Positions 52,586 through 64,000 of a stretch of DNA of 64,000 nt are shown piece by piece. How positions within the stretch are numbered: the first letter of the stretch is position 1; each line of letters starts with the position of its first letter. This stretch comes from Octopus bimaculoides (Eukaryota). Both the position numbers and the translations under genes were made by a program. The stretch covers positions 1,216,469-1,280,468 of the forward strand of contig NC_068990.1 of NCBI RefSeq assembly GCF_001194135.2. Reading direction: 5' to 3'. The notes beneath the pieces were generated by a model. The model did not search any database. It saw only the letters and a program-made list of their open reading frames with translations, and was not told the DNA's origin.

Positions 52586-53699
52586 TATATATAAATATTT
52601 TTTGATAATGTTTGACTCCTTATAACTATTATGCAATCTTACTATTGGATTGGTACCGAATTATAAATTATTTATTTAGCGTTGTAAGAATTTTGTATAG
52701 ACCCCTACGTCATTTTAAGAAAACCTTCGACTGTTATATACATAGTTTTTTCTTCTCCCTTGTTTTTACTTTTTACTTCATTCTATTCTATTTATTTTAA
52801 AACACTTTGTATGCAAATTTTACAATTTTTATGGACGATTCGACATATAGGATTCTATTATTCATCTATTTTCGCCTGGTTTTAACTTTTATGCACCCAG
52901 CAGTTTCTTAAGAAGTCGTCTGCATACATTCGCTGAGATCTAAAAGGGTGTTTTAATGTAGATATCTGTATTGTAACATCACTTACGTATTCATATGCGT
53001 GCGTCTGCGCTTACATATAGGGCCTGGGTTTACACTTGTGCATATGCAGTTATGATTTCGTGTGTACGTCTTTGTGTATACATGAGTAAGAGTGTATGCT
53101 TATATTTATTTACACATGCATGCATCTATTCGCGTGTGTGCATCTATGTTATATATGGAAATGTGCGCTTAGGTTTACACTCACACATACTTAAATGTGT
53201 GCATACGCATGTATATGGTTATGTTTGTAAGTATTTGCGTACATACCTACGTATATATCTATATACGTGATGCTATATACATTTTTGTATACACATATAT
53301 ACGCAGTCTAAATTTTATGTAGGTTTACTATAGACATACGTTCTTGCTCATTTTCTCTCTCTACTTCTTCCTTCCCATTCCCGCCTTTTTCTCTTTTTCT
53401 TTTTCTCTTTCTTTCTTCCTTTCCCTCCTCATGATACCTACACTTTCTCCCTTTCTATGTTAGTAACGTTATTATAGATACGTTACTCTTTACCCCTCCA
53501 CTCCATAGCTTAAGATACAATTTTTGTTACCAGCGCATAAGTTTTTTCGTCCTCAAACTTAAATGCGTGTGTATGTATATGTGTATAAATTTGTATTCAT
53601 GTATATATTTGTGCCTTGCAAATATATACCTATATACGTAGATTGTCTGTGCGTATGCATCTGTGTATTTTGATGTGTGTGTGTATATATATATATATA

Positions 53700-53838
53700 C
53701 CGGAGTAAGCACATGAAATGTGCAACAAGGTGGAAAAAAGAGTACTCAAATACCAGAGGTAGAGTAATATGCTTTATTTAAAAGCAGCAGAAATACTCTC
53801 TTTTCCACCTTGTTGCACATTTTATGTGCTTACTCCGG
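53700..53838. mobile_element. Short hairpin-forming Tc1/mariner-type MITE in a (TA)n site
   Basis: About 45-50-bp TIRs ccggagtaagcacatgaaatgtgcaacaaggtggaaaa / ttttccaccttgttgcacattttatgtgcttactccgg, flanked by TA repeats. Confidence 0.8.
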
Positions 53839-55070
53839 TATATATATATATATATATATATNNNNNNNNNNNNNNNNNNNNNNNNNNNNNNNNNNNNNNN
53901 NNNNNNNNNNNNNNNNNNNNNNNNNNNNNNNNNNNNNNNNNNNNNNNNNNNNNNNNNNNNNNNNNNNNNNNNNNNNNNNNNNNNNNNNNNNNNNNNNNNN
54001 NNNNNNNNNNNNNNNNNNNNNNNNNNNNNNNNNNNNNNNNNNNNNNNNNNNNNNNNNNNNNNNNNNNNNNNNNNNNNNNNNNNNNNNNNNNNNNNNNNNN
54101 NNNNNNNNNNNNNNNNNNNNNNNNNNNNNNNNNNNNNNNNNNNNNNNNGATGCTTTAGTTCAGTAGTACATTTTTCTAGAATTCCCTTGGGAATGTTACG
54201 ACCAACTTCATCAGTTAACATTTAGGACTTTTATTTATTTATTTATTTTTGCCCTTTGTTCTTGTTTTGAGAAGAAACCTAATATTCATCAACTTTTTAC
54301 AGATAAATTTTTAGACACTATCTTCTAAATCAGGCAGAGTATGTAGGGAGTGCAAATTTTGATCTAGCAGCCCCTGCCAAAAATGTTAGGGGTACAAGTG
54401 CACCACCTGCACCATCTGTTCCCCGGTCCTTGCAAGCAGGTGTATTAGTTTGGCAGTCAGGAAGAATGGAAAAGTCTTTGACATTTCATGCCTCTGCCCT
54501 TCACAGAAAGGATTGAGAATAAAAAGATGGAGAGAGAATGGGAAAAAATGGAGAGAAAAATGTCTTGGGATTAATGGTTCAACATTACATACACTCACGT
54601 GAGTACCCCAGTTTGATCCTGCCTGACCGAACCTCCTCCCCACCTTGAACTCTCATCTCTCCAATCTTCTTCATGAACTTTTGGTACCTCTCCTCCTCCA
54701 CCTAACCATTACCCACCTGGATTACCATTGAATCTTTGGACTCTTTTGGACTCTACCACCATGGATCTTTACTGGCTACTTTCAATGACACACACACACA
54801 CACACACACTCACACACATACACACATCGTGGGTTGATGCCAGTGTTGCCTGACTGGGTCCCATGCTGGTGGCATGTAAAAAGCACCCACTACACTCTCG
54901 GAGTGGTTGGCATTAGGAAGGGCATCCATATGTAGAAACATTGCCAGATCAGATTGGGGCCTGGTGCGGCCTCCTGCCTAGCCAGTCCTCACTCAAACCG
55001 TCCAACTCATGCCAGCATGGAAAACAGACGTTAAATGATGAGGATGCTGATGTTGATGATGATGTATATA

Positions 55071-55623
55071 CAGGGTTATTCAAAAAGAAAGAGCAGATTT
55101 CAAATTTATTTTTAAAACAAAAGGGAAAAGACACAAACACATTCTACATATTTCTTGATAGATGAAGGTTTATTAAAGTTTAAAGCTGAACCTGGTCATT
55201 TGAATTAAGCCTTAAATAAAATAATATTTTAATTTTGTTTTAATGTCTAATTTTGTTCATTTCATTTAAAGTTGTATAATTTTCATTTGTGTAATCCCTT
55301 AGAAAATGGCGATGCCACAAGAAAAGTCTTTTTGTGTACTGCAACTTGAGAAATGTGAATCGATTGTGTGAGTGCAACATGAATTTCACCGCCAATTCAA
55401 TAAAAATCTTCCTCATCACAAGAAAATTTATGAATGGCATAAAAATTTCACAGAAAAGGGTTTTGATATTTGTTGAGCAACACATGGTACTCATGTTGTG
55501 GGCATACTATCTTACAATAAACTTTAAACCTTCCCCTATCAAGAAATATGTAAAATGTCTTTGTGTCTTTTACCATTTGTTTTAAAAATAAATTTAAAAT
55601 CTACTTTTCTTCTTTGAATAACC

Positions 55624-55626
<3 letters not shown>
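55071..55626. mobile_element. Non-autonomous Tc1/mariner element with long TIRs
   Basis: TA|CAGGGTTATTCAAAAAGAA ... TTCTTTGAATAACCCTG|TA; inverted similarity extends about 90 bp. An internal minus-strand LFLW..FLRDY stretch weakly resembles a transposase C-terminus. Confidence 0.82.
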
Positions 55627-55669
<43 letters not shown>

Positions 55670-56079
55670 AAGTAAGCAATTTGCTACTCTAAGATATATT
55701 TTGCAAAATACTCTTTTTTATATATTTTCAGGAAGGAACATTTTTTGTTGAATTAATGGGATTACTTCCAAAACAAGAAATAAAACTAACAAAATCTGTC
55801 ATACTTCCAGTGTGTAGTGTTTTTAGCCAAACTACGACTCAAGTGAAATTAAAGAATGTTGGGTATGTAACAGTTTTAGTTATTTTTATTTTAAATCTTG
55901 AAAATCAATTTTAAAATAAAATAAAAAAGAAAAGAATTATGAAAATAATAATGGAAATACAAAACTTTAGTGATGTTCTTGCTTGGCAAGATTATAGGTT
56001 GAAACTGGAAAGACTACACAGCAGAAAATTAGTATCAACTATTTAAAACATGTGCACATGCACACACACACACATGCAT

Positions 56080-56112
<33 letters not shown>

Positions 56113-56289
56113 CACACAAAACAGAAAAGAAAAACCGAAACAGTTACATTCATTTTGTGCTTGCTATTAATTGACATCATGTCTCCTGTTCTTTCTCTGT
56201 TTCTTTGTCTCCCAAAAAGACTTATAAGGGACATTCCAGAAGTTTTGAGATTTTTTCAGCAGAGACATTTTTTAATATCAATTTTTTTT

Positions 56290-56590
56290 TATGCACCCTT
56301 TTAAAGCCTAGCCAGGCTCATGAGCCCGGTTTCTTGGTTTCTATGGCATATGTGTTCCCCCAGCTGGACGGGACACCAGTCCATCACAGTGTTACTCAAG
56401 AAACACGAAGAAAGGGTGAGAGAAAGTTGGGGTGAAAGAGTACAACAGGGGTCACCTACCACCCTCTGCCGGAGCCTCGTGGATCTTTAGGTGTTTTCGC
56501 TCAATAAACACTCACAACGCCCGGTCTGGGAATTGAAACCGCGATCTTCCGACCGCGAGTCCGCTACCCTAACCACTGGGCCATTGCACC
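56290..56590 (-). mobile_element. tRNA-headed SINE with an A-rich tail
   Basis: Minus strand ggtgcaatggcccagtggttagggtagcgg...ggtttcaattcccag ... gctaggctttaaaagggtgcat followed by poly(A). Confidence 0.7.
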
Positions 56591-56622
56591 TTCATTTATT
56601 AATATCAAAGAAATACAAAACT

Positions 56623-56790
56623 CTAATCTTCATCAAAATAGGCTCCTCTGACTTCAATGCTCTTGTTATGGTGCTTCGACCACTTCATGAAGGCCCTATA
56701 GGATTCCTCCAAAGTAAAGGTGTCTAGGACTCTTGTTACAACCGCAACCGTCTTCAAAATGTTTACCCCTGAAGTTCTCCTTCAGTTTAG
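56623..56790 (-). pseudogene. Mariner transposase C-terminal fragment
   Basis: KLKENFRGKHFED, then after a frameshift LDTFTLEESYRAFMKWSKHHNKSIEVRGAYFDED*, resembling the mariner ending F.KW.ER..KCI...G.YFE. Confidence 0.6.
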
Positions 56791-59700
56791 GGAACAATAC
56801 ACACTGCCAGGTATTGAACTCACAATCTTGAGCCAACAACCCTAACCACTTAGCCACATGCCTTCACATAGTACTATATACTCTTTTCTGCTCTAGGCAT
56901 AAGGCCCAAAATTTTTGGTGAGGGGGTCAGTCGATTAGATTGACCCCAGTATGCAACTGTTGCTTAATTTACTGACCCCGAATGGCTGAAAGGCAAAGTC
57001 AACCTTGGCTACATAATACTATATACTACAAAGTGTGTAATCCAATTGCTGATTTAGATTGGCATGGCTGTGTGTTAAGAAGTTTGCTTCTCAAACCCAT
57101 GGTTTCTGATTCAGTCCTATTGCTTGACATTTTGGGCACTGAATCCCCCATAGCATGTGTTGTATACTGTTTTACTTTTTCTACTGGTTTCAATCATTGC
57201 CCTGCAGCCAAGCCTTGCTAGTGTACATGTTTCAATGGTTTTAGTCAATTATATTGACCCTAGTACTTGATCTGGTACACATTTTATTAATAAGTTTTGA
57301 ATGACTGGATTTGCTTTTGAGTTATGCGTCTTGTAGCAAGCTATCAACCCTTTATCAGAAAATAACTCAAAGAATGTTACATGAATTTACAACAGTATAT
57401 ACAAACAGACACATGCACACATCAGATCATCATTGTCATCGTCATCATCATTGTCATCGTCATCATCATCGTCATCGTCATCATCATGATCATTATCCTC
57501 ATCATCATTGCTTTCATTCACTTTCTCATGCTGGCATGTGCTGGAGGGGTTGTCTTAATCCAGAGCAGTTCTTATTTGAAGTTACTGCCTTCCCAGCTGA
57601 ATCAAGGACCCCATCCTGCTTCCACATTCCATTTTTTGACATGACGTCTACAGATGGATGATTCTTCTATCACCATTTACTCTACAGAGTGTGCAGGGTG
57701 TATTTTATCATAATGTCAGCACTAGAGATTTTGCTTTGCCCTTGCAAAGTTAAAAAGTCCTTTTATACCCTAATTTGTTTCCATTTCTTCTCTGGTAGTT
57801 TGTTTTATCTTCAATAAGAATTAAAAAAAGACTCATCGCTTCCCCACATTTTTTTTTTCAATTCCTTTGTTCCATTATTTTCCACTCAAATGGATGAGAA
57901 GAGAAATAGAGTGTTAAGAGTAAGAAGATTATAAGAGAGGTAGTAGTGAAAGAGGGAATGATAGACAGCTACATGATGTTTGCAGGTAAGGAGATTAGTT
58001 GGAAGCAGCATGATTGATTGAGGAGGATTGAAGAGAGATTCATGATGAAGAAGCTGGGCAATGGGATGCTAGAAGAGAACTAGGTAGATGGGAGGGAGAA
58101 GAGAGCAATGAAATAGAGAGAGAGAAGATAGTTACATGAGGATTGTTGGTAAGGAGATTGAGTAGAGGCAGCAAGAGCTGTGTAAGATGAGTGGGGAGTG
58201 TGATAGGTGGGTGACAGGGGAAGAGAGAGAGAGAGAGAGAGGGGGATGGGAGAGAGACAATGATTGATGCCAGCAATTTGTGATTGAGGAGAGGGATTAA
58301 TGTGAGAGTGAGTGATGGATAATGTTGAAGATGAATGAAGGTAAGAAAGTGGGAATGATGATTGTCAAGTAATGATAGAAGAAAACATACTGTGAGAGAG
58401 TGATGGTTAGCAATAAAGATGGCTGGTGGAAAGAGTGGATTATGTATGGATAGATTCAATGTGATGCCATCCATCATTACATAGGCAATCTGATGGGAGA
58501 GAAATAAAGTGACAGTCAGGAAGGGAGAGTAATTGATAGCTAAGAGTAAAGAAGAAGAAAGACAAAAAGTGATAGTTGGAAATTCAAGATAAATGTAATG
58601 GTTGAGATATTTCCAAATGTTGATATTATACATCTGCTCTCCATATACACATGCAAACACACACAGGTACATACAAACACATATATATAAATACTTTTCT
58701 TTATGCTGGCAAGGACTATAGAAGTGTTGCTCTTAAAGCAAGATGCCCATCCTTATGCTAACCCTCACCTGCTCTCCAGCTAAGAGTAATGTTTTGTTAT
58801 AATCCACTTGTCTTCAAAAGTACAGAGCTATTGGATGATTTATTTATAGGAAACTTTTGAACGAACTTCACCATTTTGTAGCTCACTGCTTTCAATTGTT
58901 TGGCTATGTGGTTAGGAAGGTTGATTCCCATCCAATTAACTTTGTGTTCAGTCCCATTGTAGAGCACCTTGAGCAAGTGTTTTCTACTATATTTCTTGTC
59001 TGCTTTGTATGTGGATTTGGTAGACAGGAACCGAATAAAGCTCATTATTTAATATATATGTAAATGATGGTGATGATGATGATGATATATGTACGTATGT
59101 ATGTAATTATGTCATTGTTCAGTTTTATTTCAAGATTTCATGCCAATAGAGAAAGAATCGGCTTCTAACCTTCATTGGAATTTCAGCATCAACAACAGAG
59201 TATTTTTGTATGTATGTATGTACGTATGTATGTATGTATGTACGTATGTATGTTCTGTATGTATGTATGTATGCATGTATGTATGTCATTATTCAGTTTA
59301 TTTCAAGATTTCTATGGTCTTCTCTTTTTAATTTAGAGTAAATTTTGACTGGTCACCTATTTGGTAGCAAGGTTGCAAAGAGGAGCATCTGGTTTTGTTC
59401 ATCGTCCTTTAGATCTTAAGAAGGTCCTGCAGATGTTTACAATCCCAGATATTTTGACCATTTGTTGTGTATGAATTAGGGATTTGAATTGTGTGTGTGT
59501 GTGTTTGTGTGTTTATATGCATGTGTGTGTCTGTTTGTGTGTTGGTATGTTTATGTGCGTGTGTGTGTGTGTGTGTGTGAAAGTATATATGTCGGTCAGT
59601 TCTGTCTACCAAATTTCACATACAAGGTTTTGATGCCCCCAACACTACAGCAATGGCCATCATGCTTGCCAAAGCTGCTGGGTACATTGTGGCATTGCAC

Positions 59701-60537
59701 TCAGAACTGTCTGGCTACTCATCGGATTCCTTGACCACCGTGTCAAAGGAACTTCCTCCCTATTGGGACAGATCACAAGAAGATATTTTCATTTCTTTCA
59801 TGCTGACTGGTTTCTGTGGATATAAATCTAATTTTACATTTAACTAATGAAATTAACACAATTATCATTTTTGTGAATATCAATTCCATATGTAATGCAA
59901 TCAGATATTTGCTTCTTTTTAAGGTGCTTATTTAAAATATACATTAACAAACAAATAATCCTTTGATAACAAATCCAAAAAGTAAAAAAACAAAATAATT
60001 ATGCCACTTATCCGCATCACCATCTGCAACTTCATTATTGCTATTATTTTTGTTGCCATCATCATCATCATCATCGTCACCATCATTATTGTAGTTGTTC
60101 TTCTTCTTAAGAGATGAAAAGAGCAAAGACTTAAGCATTCATAGAATTGCTTCCAGTTATTTATGGAAATTTATAATTATGTTTTTGCTCTAATACGTGC
60201 TTAATTGTAAAGAAAAGTTGTTGATTTGTTGATTTCACAAAAACAAAAACAAAAGAAAAAACAAAAATATTAAAAAAATTTTCTTAATAAGTCTTGTTTA
60301 CAATCTATTAACAACTGCCCATGAGGATATTACTTACATACGTACACACACACACATACATACATACATACATATTACATATGCATGTATGTATGTATGT
60401 ATTTATTTATGTATGTATATGAATATATACACACATATATATATACATATATATATACATATAAGTATATATATGTATATAGATAGATAAACAGATAAAT
60501 GTGGATACGCATATATCTACAGATATATGCATATAAG

Positions 60538-60579
<42 letters not shown>

Positions 60580-61269
60580 GAGAGAGAGAGAGAGAGAAGA
60601 GAGGGAGAGATAGATAGATATCTATGGATAGATTGATAAATAGATAGATACACACATGCATGCATACACCTATGCACATATATATAAATATACACGCACA
60701 CACATATTTATATCTACATATCATATATAATGTCTGTCTGTTCTGTATATAAATATATACATATATATATACATATATATATATGTTACCTTATATGTGT
60801 AAGCATAATTATCTGTATGCATGCATTACACATCCAATACATACACACACATATATGCGTATATATGTGTGCGTGTTGTGTGTGCTTGCATATGAACATA
60901 CACACATAAATGTTTATACATATACTCATATACTCACACTTACATACAAATGTATATATATGCCATTATAAGATAATTGTGGCTTTCCTTATCTTATTCA
61001 AATAATTAATTGTTATTGGTCGTCTCGCTCTGACGAGATACTGTGTGAGCAGACAGACATATATTATTGCTATCTATGGAAATTGGAAATCGCTGCTAGA
61101 CTAAATTTTGTAGACATTTGAATGCATCAGACTCTGATAAAATCTTCTTTTATTTCTGATTATATTTTATTTTATGAAATTTACTCAAATTTTCAGTTAC
61201 ATAATCAGCAGTCTATGATAAACTGCCTAATTTTATCATTTTTCCATTTGAATGTAATTGCCTGTATGA

Positions 61270-61321
<52 letters not shown>

Positions 61322-61470
61322 CAGTATTATTAAAACAAAACTCAGGTTTGGTCTCATTCCTGGTTGGATTTATGTGGGTAGCGGTTTACTACCTGTTACC
61401 TTAGGTATCCACATGTTTTCGGCAGTCATTCATGCTTAGAACACTCCTGATAATCCTTGGTGTCCCATTA
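61322..61470 (-). mobile_element. Probable 3' end of an R4/Dong-like RLE retroelement within (TAA)n
   Basis: Minus strand reads GTPRIIRSVLSM (cf. the terminal LLGTARILRKVL of R4/Dong ORFs), then a short UTR and a (TAA)n tail; TAA-rich repeats on both sides. Confidence 0.45.
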
Positions 61471-61998
61471 TTATTGTAATTATTATTGTCATAATAATAA
61501 TAATTATTATTATAATAATAATAATAATGATTATTATTATTATTATTATGACAATGACAATGATGATAGTTTCTTTATTAGCCTCAAGGGCTCATGGGGA
61601 GAGAGTGCAGAAAAATTTCAGGTAATGTTAAACAGAGGGCACTTACAAAAATGGATTGTGTGTGTGGAGAAAATATTCAAAGAGGAGAGAACAGGTGAAA
61701 GATGTTATATAATATATAACTGGGCAAATTAAAAATGTATAAAACACAAAAGAGCTTTATCAAAGTATTTTCAGGATAGGAGATTCCAAAAATCTGTTGA
61801 GAAAAGGCCTTGTGTTTTATTATCTCATTCATTTAATCATTTCTCAAATTGTGTTCAAGTGCAACTGAATGTCCCTGTAAGCAGTTTTTGAGACAATTAA
61901 TGTTTTGAAAAAAAAGGAAAAAAACCCAAATGTTTCTGAAAATTTGGTATTAGGTCTTAATTTTTAATTTTACTAGAAATCTATCTTTTGCATATTGT

Positions 61999-62555
61999 TT
62001 ATATCAGATAATTGACGACACAGTTGAAGAGGTTGAGGGTGGCCATGCAGCCCTGTCTAACCTTGCTGTTGATAGGGAACCAGTCAGAGTCTATATTCTT
62101 CAAGGTCTGTGAGTGAGTTCCTGATGTTACCTTTGAGAATTATCACCTTACCAACCTAGAGTATGTGGATGATACCACTCTGTTCAGTAACTCGATTGAC
62201 CAACTCAGGGACACACTGACCATTTACATAGAAGAATCAGCAAAGTTTGGCCTTCAGGTGAGTTGGGCGAAGACCAAGCTGATGCATAATGGAGATGACC
62301 TGGACCCTTCCCCTCTCGATATTGATCCTGACATCATGAAGTTTGTCAGCTTCTTCATTTATTTGGGATCCACAGTCACCAACAATGGAGACCTGACCCC
62401 AGAGATCAACCACAGATGTGGTCTGGTTGTGGAAATCATGTACTCCCTATGAAAGCCTCTTTGGCATCACTACTCTATTTCCCAGAGTACATCTACAATG
62501 TACTGGTCCTTTCCATTCTCCTCAATGAAGCAGAAATGTGGCCCCTCTTGAAGAG
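61999..62555 (+). mobile_element. RTE-clade LINE RT fragment with an inverted 5' segment
   Basis: The + strand (62089-62555) gives NLEYVDDTTLF...GLQVSWAKTK...FIYLGS...EINHRC. The segment 61999-62088 reads SDWFPINSKVRQGCMATLNLFN on the - strand. Confidence 0.85.
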
Positions 62556-62562
62556 GGCCACC

Positions 62563-63701
62563 TTCAGTTTCAATAAAGCCACCTTCAGCTTCAACAACTG
62601 CTTCTTTATGAGATCTAAGTCATCTACATACTTGAATTAAGTGGTCCTGGTCCATTTTGGACATTACTCTGACTATGCCAGCCTTCAAAGTATCTTTGGT
62701 GTTATGGGCGTATTCATTGACCTCTCTCTCAATAACGTTCCACACGTAATAGTCCAATGGATTGAGATGTGGGGAATTAGGAGGCCAAATGTCAGGGGTT
62801 ATGTGATCATGAAAATTTTCAGCCATCCATTACTGTGTTACTAGAGCCATGTGTGATAGTGCAGAGTCTTACTGAAACACATATGGCCTTCCATTGCATA
62901 CACTGTCTATCCAGAGATTAACAATTATTTCCAGGACCTCAATGAGGGCAGCAGAGTTAACTCTAAAGCCTTATGGAAAGAAGTAAGGAGGCATCACATG
63001 CGCTTCATTGCTGACAACCCCTAAAATCATTACAGTTGCAGAAAATTTGATATGCATAACACTTGGAACTTCAGAAGGGTCTGCACAAAACCATCTGTCA
63101 TTTCTTCTGTTAACTTTTTAATCTTGGTGGAAGTTTTTCTCGTTTGAGAATAACCAAATCAAATCTTCTTCTGCTGGATTTTTCAGTTTGTTTAAGAGCC
63201 TTTTAGATCTGATTTAATGATTTTCTTTTGCTTTTTCTGACAAATTGACCTTTCCTCATCATATAGAACTTATATCTGATGTCTTTGGGGACAACATTTC
63301 TGACTGTTCCTTCTGACACATGGAGAGCTTTTGCAGTTGACCTCATGAACTTTCTGGGATTGTAATCAATGGTCTGTTGAACTTGTTGGATAAATTCAGG
63401 TGTTCTGATGATTTCAGAGCACTTAGAATGCTTTTGATGCTTTTTATACTGGTGATACGTTTCCATCTTCAGTCTCTAGCTCCTTGCAAACTTTGTAGAC
63501 GAAAGATCTGGCAACTTTTAAAACTCAAGATATTTCTGAATTGTTATGCTCAGCCTTTATAACCACAATAACAGCATGCCTCTTCATTTCTTGAGTAAGC
63601 AGAGGGTCTGCCATTTTCTGAAACAAAGGTTTATACAGAGTGAACAAAAAATGCAGCAATGACCCCAAAATGGTATGTCCTCAAATGCCTTACGTACCCT
63701 G
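62563..63701 (-). mobile_element. maT/mori-type (DD37D) Tc1-mariner transposon, decayed, 3' TIR missing
   Basis: 5' end TA|CAGGGTACG and ATG at 63614. Motifs FSNEKNF, VMILGVVSNE, GRPYVFQ*DSA, WPPNSPHLNPLDYYVW and terminal AEGGFIE. I count 37 residues between the second and third catalytic D. Confidence 0.9.
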
Positions 63702-63721
63702 TATATATATATTTATATAAC

Positions 63722-64000
63722 TGCTACAAAGGTAAAGGGGACGCTTTAGATACAAATAATTACAGAGGCATCAAGCTGTTAGATCAGGTTATGAAAGTTA
63801 CAGAGAGGGTCATAGCCCAACTAATTAGGGAGCGAATCAATTTAGATGAGATGCAGTTTGGGTTCGTGCCAGGTAAAAGCACTACTGATGCCTTATTTCT
63901 AGTGAGACAGTTGCAAGAGAAATACCTAGCTAAGGATAAACCTCTGTACCTGGCTTTCGTTGACATGGAGAAAGCCTTTGACAGGGTCCCCCGATCCCTT
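63722..64000 (+). mobile_element. 5'-truncated RTE LINE with an uninterrupted RT frame running off the window
   Basis: 93 open codons: CYKGKGDALDTNNYRGIKLLDQVMKVTERVIAQLIRERINLDEMQFGFVPGKSTTDALFLVRQLQEKYLAKDKPLYLAFVDMEKAFDRVPRSL (NYRGI, QFGF and D-x-EKAFD RT motifs). Confidence 0.92.

Noticed and set aside
54150-54225. Minus-strand CTGATGA...GTAAC with an adjacent hairpin
   Set aside because: The GAAA is mutated and stems I and II do not form; too degenerate to call a hammerhead.
58040-58672. 210-aa minus-strand ORF
   Set aside because: Arises from a GA-rich low-complexity tract that lacks stops; no recognisable domain.
61019-61060. CTGACGA with a local hairpin
   Set aside because: No downstream GAAA or stem III in register.
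61582-61621. Short plus-strand exon-like segment (tttattag ... CAG|GTAATG)
   Set aside because: No CFAP65 similarity in any frame; such sites are expected by chance in 64 kb.
1-64000. CRISPR arrays, rRNA genes, prokaryotic operons or viral genes
   Set aside because: No repeat-spacer arrays, rRNA-like sequence or gene-dense segment were seen; the window is eukaryotic intron-like DNA.

Overview
AT-rich, microsatellite-dense eukaryotic genomic DNA with about a dozen N gaps. The SINE, MITE and mariner content looks like an octopod cephalopod (Octopus-like); this is recalled from family sequences, not searched. Two + strand coding exons (301-530 and 11100-11238) splice in frame and match the N-terminal part of the ciliary/flagellar protein CFAP65 (CCDC108). 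I found no further CFAP65 exon, so most of the window is probably intron. That intron space holds decayed transposons: mariner, DD37D maT, hAT-, piggyBac- and Tc1-type MITEs, three or four SINE families, RTE LINEs, restriction-like-endonuclease (RLE) retroelements and Penelope-like (PLE) relics. Most ORFs in the supplied track are simple-repeat or gap artefacts. The most interesting signal is a set of type I hammerhead ribozyme motifs: an intact core at 40075-40137 (-), a near-intact one at 40649-40719 (+), and eroded ones at 34057-34117, 32221-32275 and 51370-51465. One sits in a 309-bp unit bounded by direct repeats. Together they suggest a PLE-pLTR or retrozyme-like small retroelement family. 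All homology calls come from motif recognition by eye and need confirmation by search.
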